From Bdellovibrionales bacterium (GTDB lineage Bacteria; Bdellovibrionota; Bdellovibrionia; Bdellovibrionales; JAUICD01): DNA of 64,000 nucleotides. The translations under genes were made by a program, and so were the position numbers. The stretch spans positions 1,056,001-1,120,000 of the forward strand of contig OZ241865.1 in the NCBI GenBank assembly GCA_965203275.1. Reading direction: 5' to 3'. This document shows positions 60,074-64,000 of this stretch, piece by piece; positions within the stretch are counted from its first letter, which is position 1, and the number at the start of each line of letters is the position of its first letter. The notes under the pieces were generated by a model, which was not told the DNA's origin, ran no database searches, and was given only the letters and a program-made list of their open reading frames with translations.

Positions 60074-61143
60074 TTGTCATCACCTACATATCTCATAGCT
60101 AATCCCATAGCCACAGAAGCATAAGGTGTAATTTGTGCAATGTACTCTGGACTGAAATTCCTTTGATCGTAAGAAACTAAAGAAAAAGGATTGATCACTT
60201 GAACTTCTAGTTGAAGTGCTTCCTGTAAAAATGGAATAAGATTTTTTGTAAGAGATGCTCCCCCTGTGATGAAGAGCTTTTGTATTTTTGTCTTATCAGA
60301 TCGAGCATGATAGAAGTCAAAGTTCTTTTTAATCTCTTCTGTAATGGCTTTATGAGTATTTTGAATAATACGATATGCATCAGGAGGAACAGCGTGATCA
60401 TTGGATGTGCTGATTTTAAGGCTTTCTGCTTCATCTTCTGATACTTGCATAGAATTAATTAAATTTTTATTGTAAAGGTCACCACCAAAAAACAAATCTT
60501 TAGCAAAGGTAATTTCTTTATTCTCTAAAACAACAAAATTAGTAATGGCAGACCCTAAATTAAGCAAAACCATTGTATCTCCTTCAATTTGAGGGTAGTT
60601 ATTTGTAAAACAATTCGAAAGGGCAAAACTAGCAATATCCACAATAGAACAGTTCATATCTAAATGATTGATGAGTTCTATAAATTTAAAAATGATGTCT
60701 TTTTGAGCTGATATGATAAGGGCTTTGGTCATATCCGGATGATCCTGGTTTTTTAAAATATGGTATTGGAGGTGAGCATTGTCTAAATTATGAGGGATGT
60801 ATTGTTCTGCTTCACCGCTGATGACTGTCGCTATGTGCTTTACATCTGTTACATGAGGCAATGCAATTTGTTTTACAATAATGTCTTCACCACAAAGACT
60901 GATAGAAACATTTTTGGTTTTTGTTTTCATTTGTTGTATTAAGTCAGAGATCACAGGAACAAGTGGTTGAATATTCATTAAACGGCCATGCTCAACAACT
61001 CCTTGGGGTGTTGCAGCATAATGAAAAGATATAAGCTTAAACTTATTTTTTGATGGTTTAAGTTCCATAGCTTTGATATAACTGGTTCCTATATCCAATC
61101 CTATGAGCTGTTGAGAAGAAAAAAGTGAATCTAAAAACGACAT
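60070..61143 (-). CDS. pilM: Type IV pilus assembly protein PilM
   Basis: IGLDIGTSYIK actin-like motif, ITGGAS, AMGLAMR. Confidence 0.95.
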   Translation of the reverse strand: MSFLDSLFSSQQLIGLDIGTSYIKAMELKPSKNKFKLISFHYAATPQGVVEHGRLMNIQPLVPVISDLIQQMKTKTKNVSISLCGEDIIVKQIALPHVTDVKHIATVISGEAEQYIPHNLDNAHLQYHILKNQDHPDMTKALIISAQKDIIFKFIELINHLDMNCSIVDIASFALSNCFTNNYPQIEGDTMVLLNLGSAITNFVVLENKEITFAKDLFFGGDLYNKNLINSMQVSEDEAESLKISTSNDHAVPPDAYRIIQNTHKAITEEIKKNFDFYHARSDKTKIQKLFITGGASLTKNLIPFLQEALQLEVQVINPFSLVSYDQRNFSPEYIAQITPYASVAMGLAMRYVGDDK

Positions 61144-61580
61144 ATTTTATCCTATTTTTTAGTATCTATTCGAAGGAACTAAGATGAATGACTGGTCTAA
61201 ATACTTATTGACCTAGAACAAAGTTAGGTCATCCCTCTTATTATTACACAATCTTTTAGGTAAAAAGTCAAAAAGACCAAAGTCTGGCATCTTAAAAGGT
61301 GTTCTATTATAAGACAGTTACGGCTTTGGCAGTTTGTGGTCATTATGATAGACATTATATAAGCGGAAGGACAATAAGTTATAAGAATTACTTATAAAAT
61401 TTGAAAATCATACCATCAAAATCAACATTGAAGGTGCATAACTTAATAGCACTTGGAAATAATGTTGATACTGTCTTTTTAAAATAGAGTTATTCAAAAG
61501 CATTATGTTAGAATAAAAATATCTAAGAATAAAATGAAAGCAAGCACTTAGAAAATAAATGAGATCATAATAGGTTCAAT

Positions 61581-62024
61581 ATGACAGCAACAACAATAAA
61601 AGATTCATTTAAATGTTCTGTAAATGATTTTTATAAAATTATTACAGATTATGAAAAATATCCTGAATTTTTATCTGAAATATCTATATGTCGCATTATT
61701 GAGGAAAAAGCTGAGCAAGGGCAAATTAAGAAGCTTGTAGAGTATCATATTCGTTTATTTAAATCTTTTATGTATCGACTTTGGATGATTGAGAACCATC
61801 AAGATTGTAGTTTAAATTGGGAATTTGCACAGGGTTCTATTTTTAAATCCAATCAAGGTTATTGGAAGCTAAAGGGTCAAAAAGACCAATGTGTTGCAAC
61901 TTTTTATATAGATTGTCAATTTAAAATTTTCATTCCTAGCACAGTGAGTAAAAAGTTGATTTCCATTCATCTTCCTAATATGATGAGATCATATCATCAG
62001 AGAGTAGGTGTACTTTATGGATAA
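61581..62024 (+). CDS. SRPBCC/START-like (Coq10/RatA-like) protein
   Basis: IITDYEKYPEFL, GYWKL. Confidence 0.85.
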   Translation: MTATTIKDSFKCSVNDFYKIITDYEKYPEFLSEISICRIIEEKAEQGQIKKLVEYHIRLFKSFMYRLWMIENHQDCSLNWEFAQGSIFKSNQGYWKLKGQKDQCVATFYIDCQFKIFIPSTVSKKLISIHLPNMMRSYHQRVGVLYG

Positions 62025-62379
62025 CAACCAAAAAACTCAACAAAACAAAGAAAAAGACCAAGACGAACACTCTAAAGGCAAAAGTGTTTCAGATGTGATC
62101 AAACGGCTTTTTGCAGTGGGGTCGACGGCTGCCTTTCTCACAGAAGAAAGCATCAAAACAGCCCTAGGTGATATTAAGTTGCCTAAGGAATTATTAAAAC
62201 CTCTCTTAGCAAGTGCCATGTCTTCTAAACAGCAAATTTTTCAACGTGTTAGTAAAGAAGTATCAAGCGAAATGATTAAAATACTTAATTCAGAAAAGTT
62301 TAAAGATGAAGTTTTTAAATTTTTAAGGACACATAAATTTAAAATCAATATAGAAATAGAAAGCAATAAGGATGCCTAG
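62017..62379 (+). CDS. Hypothetical protein
   Basis: Overlaps both flanking genes, consistent with an operon; AFLTEESI motif. Confidence 0.7.
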   Translation: MDNNQKTQQNKEKDQDEHSKGKSVSDVIKRLFAVGSTAAFLTEESIKTALGDIKLPKELLKPLLASAMSSKQQIFQRVSKEVSSEMIKILNSEKFKDEVFKFLRTHKFKINIEIESNKDA

Positions 62380-62713
62380 TATTTTCACTAAAATTCTTAA
62401 TAAAGAAATACCTGCGGATATTGTCTATGAAGACAATCATTGCCTTGCCTTTAAAGATATTAACCCCTTAGCTCCAGTCCATGTTTTGCTGATTCCTAAA
62501 AAAGAAATCACAACCCTACAAGATGTGCAGGCAAGTGATGCTCAACTTATGGGACTGATGATCACTAAAATCCCAGAGATTGCTCAAATTATGGGAATAG
62601 ATGAAAGAGGATACCGTGTGATTGTCAATTGCAAAGAAGGGCAAGAGGTTCCCCATTTACACTTTCACATTTTAGGAGGCAAGGCTTTTAAATCTGCTAC
62701 TACTAAAATGTGA
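62372..62713 (+). CDS. hinT: HIT-family nucleotide-binding protein
   Basis: SIFTKI, AFKDINPLAPVHVLLIPK, HLHFH triad. Confidence 0.93.
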   Translation: MPSIFTKILNKEIPADIVYEDNHCLAFKDINPLAPVHVLLIPKKEITTLQDVQASDAQLMGLMITKIPEIAQIMGIDERGYRVIVNCKEGQEVPHLHFHILGGKAFKSATTKM

Positions 62714-62825
62714 GGTCTTTTTGTTCTGTTCTTTTTAAAATAATCTATGATTTTAATGTTTTTATTTCGCCTGTTGTTACTTCATTTAACATTGTTGGTG
62801 CTTTTTATTTTGAATTTAAGAATAA

Positions 62826-62845
62826 ACCCTCTATAAATAGAGGGT
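62826..62845. terminator. Hairpin between convergent genes
   Basis: ACCCTCTAT-AA-ATAGAGGGT. Confidence 0.4.
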
Positions 62846-62898
62846 ATTCTTAGGGAGAGGTTAGGGGGTTAGGGGGTTAAGGGATTTATACATTTACT

Positions 62899-63405
62899 TT
62901 AAAGTATAATAAAAGAACTTAAAACATAAGGGGAGTAGAAGCCTCCAGGAATATGAATAAGCTCTTGGCTTTGTTTAAGATAGTTTATATAACTTGTCAC
63001 TTGCTGTGGTTTAAGATGTTGCCTTAAAACTTTGTTATAAAGCGAAGTGGTCTTTTTAAACTGAGTTTGTGCTTGGTGAAAATGACTTTGACTTTCTTGA
63101 TTACGCTTCCTTTTGTAAAGCATATTTGCAGCACTTGATATTTTGTATTCTGCAAGTATTTTTCTCTCAATATTTTGAATAGACTGAATGCTCTGATGAG
63201 AAGTCCCTGTTTGTGATAAATATTGAATTCTTGAGCGAGAATTTTTAACAGCCGTAGCAAGTTGCCTCTTAATATCTGCCACATTTGCCTGTTGTGATTG
63301 AGATGTTTCTTTTTTATTTGTTTGATGAGTAGAAACGCTTTTTGCTAAAGCTAACTCAGATACGAATAAAATAACTAAACTTAAAATAACTACTTGTTTT
63401 TTCAT
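62899..63405 (-). CDS. Hypothetical secreted protein
   Basis: MKKQ...ALA signal peptide, GGAG SD. Confidence 0.65.
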   Translation of the reverse strand: MKKQVVILSLVILFVSELALAKSVSTHQTNKKETSQSQQANVADIKRQLATAVKNSRSRIQYLSQTGTSHQSIQSIQNIERKILAEYKISSAANMLYKRKRNQESQSHFHQAQTQFKKTTSLYNKVLRQHLKPQQVTSYINYLKQSQELIHIPGGFYSPYVLSSFIIL

Positions 63406-63580
63406 AATTAATTGCTCCCTCTCTTATTCTTCTTAAATAAAATTTTTAAAACCCTTATATACTTTTTAAGTACAAAAACCATGCCAAACACATTAAGTAT
63501 CTGTTATCACTAATGTTTTCTGGTTATCTATGGATAGACCATAAAGACAGGCTATTAAAACTTAGGTTATATAATTTAAA

Positions 63581-63613
63581 ATAAAAACTGTTTCATTTTG
63601 AAACAGTTTTTAT
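63581..63613. promoter_or_regulatory. Perfect 15-bp inverted repeat (operator or terminator)
   Basis: ATAAAAACTGTTTCA-TTT-TGAAACAGTTTTTAT. Confidence 0.45.
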
Positions 63614-64000
63614 AACTTACTGAAAATATTGGATTTATTTATATTTTTGTGATGTTTTAAGAGGTGTTTTTGAAGACAAAAGAAAAGTGTTTAAAAATGA
63701 GACAGTGGTGACGTTTTGCGTCGTTTGTTTTCTGCTGTGCTTCATGTATTTGTAATACCATGTAATTTTGATCAATACCCCCCAAAAGAATTAGGCTATT
63801 AAAGTCATTTAAGAGGATGACTATATCAAACGAGACAAAAAAATAGTTTATATGGATAAATGTATAGAATTGCTTAAAACATTTAAGAAAATTTAATATG
63901 AATGCGAATAAGATAAGTAGAGAGGCTACAAAATGCAAAAACTTGTTTATAGTATAATATTGATTATTGGTATTATTGGAATATCACATAACATAGCTAA

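Noticed and set aside
61180..61240. Riboswitch upstream of pilM
   Set aside because: Some inverted repeats are present (TGACCTA/TAGGTCA), but I cannot match them to a c-di-GMP or other known aptamer consensus
63657..63938. 93-aa ORF near the window end, and ORFs at 6342 and 31124
   Set aside because: AT-rich, no motifs, no clear SD; not supportable as genes

Overview
AT-rich bacterial chromosome segment, probably Bdellovibrionota/Deltaproteobacteria-like and possibly host-associated (inferred from pilMNOP, F(Q/N)NC-type lipoproteins, an ankyrin protein and an Rpn gene). It carries housekeeping genes (dgt, proS, map, fpr, tig, mfd, etfB, rplI, rpsF, uppS, coaB-like, ispA, xseAB, pilMNOP, a HIT protein), two histidine kinases, a response regulator and many repeat-rich exported proteins. 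The main signal is non-coding: nine intergenic clusters built from reusable modules. Module A is a ~150-bp three-way-junction element (about 18 near-complete copies plus fragments) with extensive compensatory covariation and GNNA loops on one strand only. Module B is a ~170-bp long hairpin. Module C is a GGATCCC-type heptamer tract. The modules are joined at a recurring ATGTTAAGGAAA site (about 30 copies). A four-helix-bundle (IVP/Avd-like) gene and a 3' remnant of a paralogue sit inside one array, each followed by module C. No reverse transcriptase, integrase or canonical transposase is visible in the window. Also notable: a C17 tract that disconnects a 1312-aa pilin-like Cys-rich protein from its prepilin leader, and an intragenic SD/ATG in the Rpn gene. 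All alignments and counts were made by eye.
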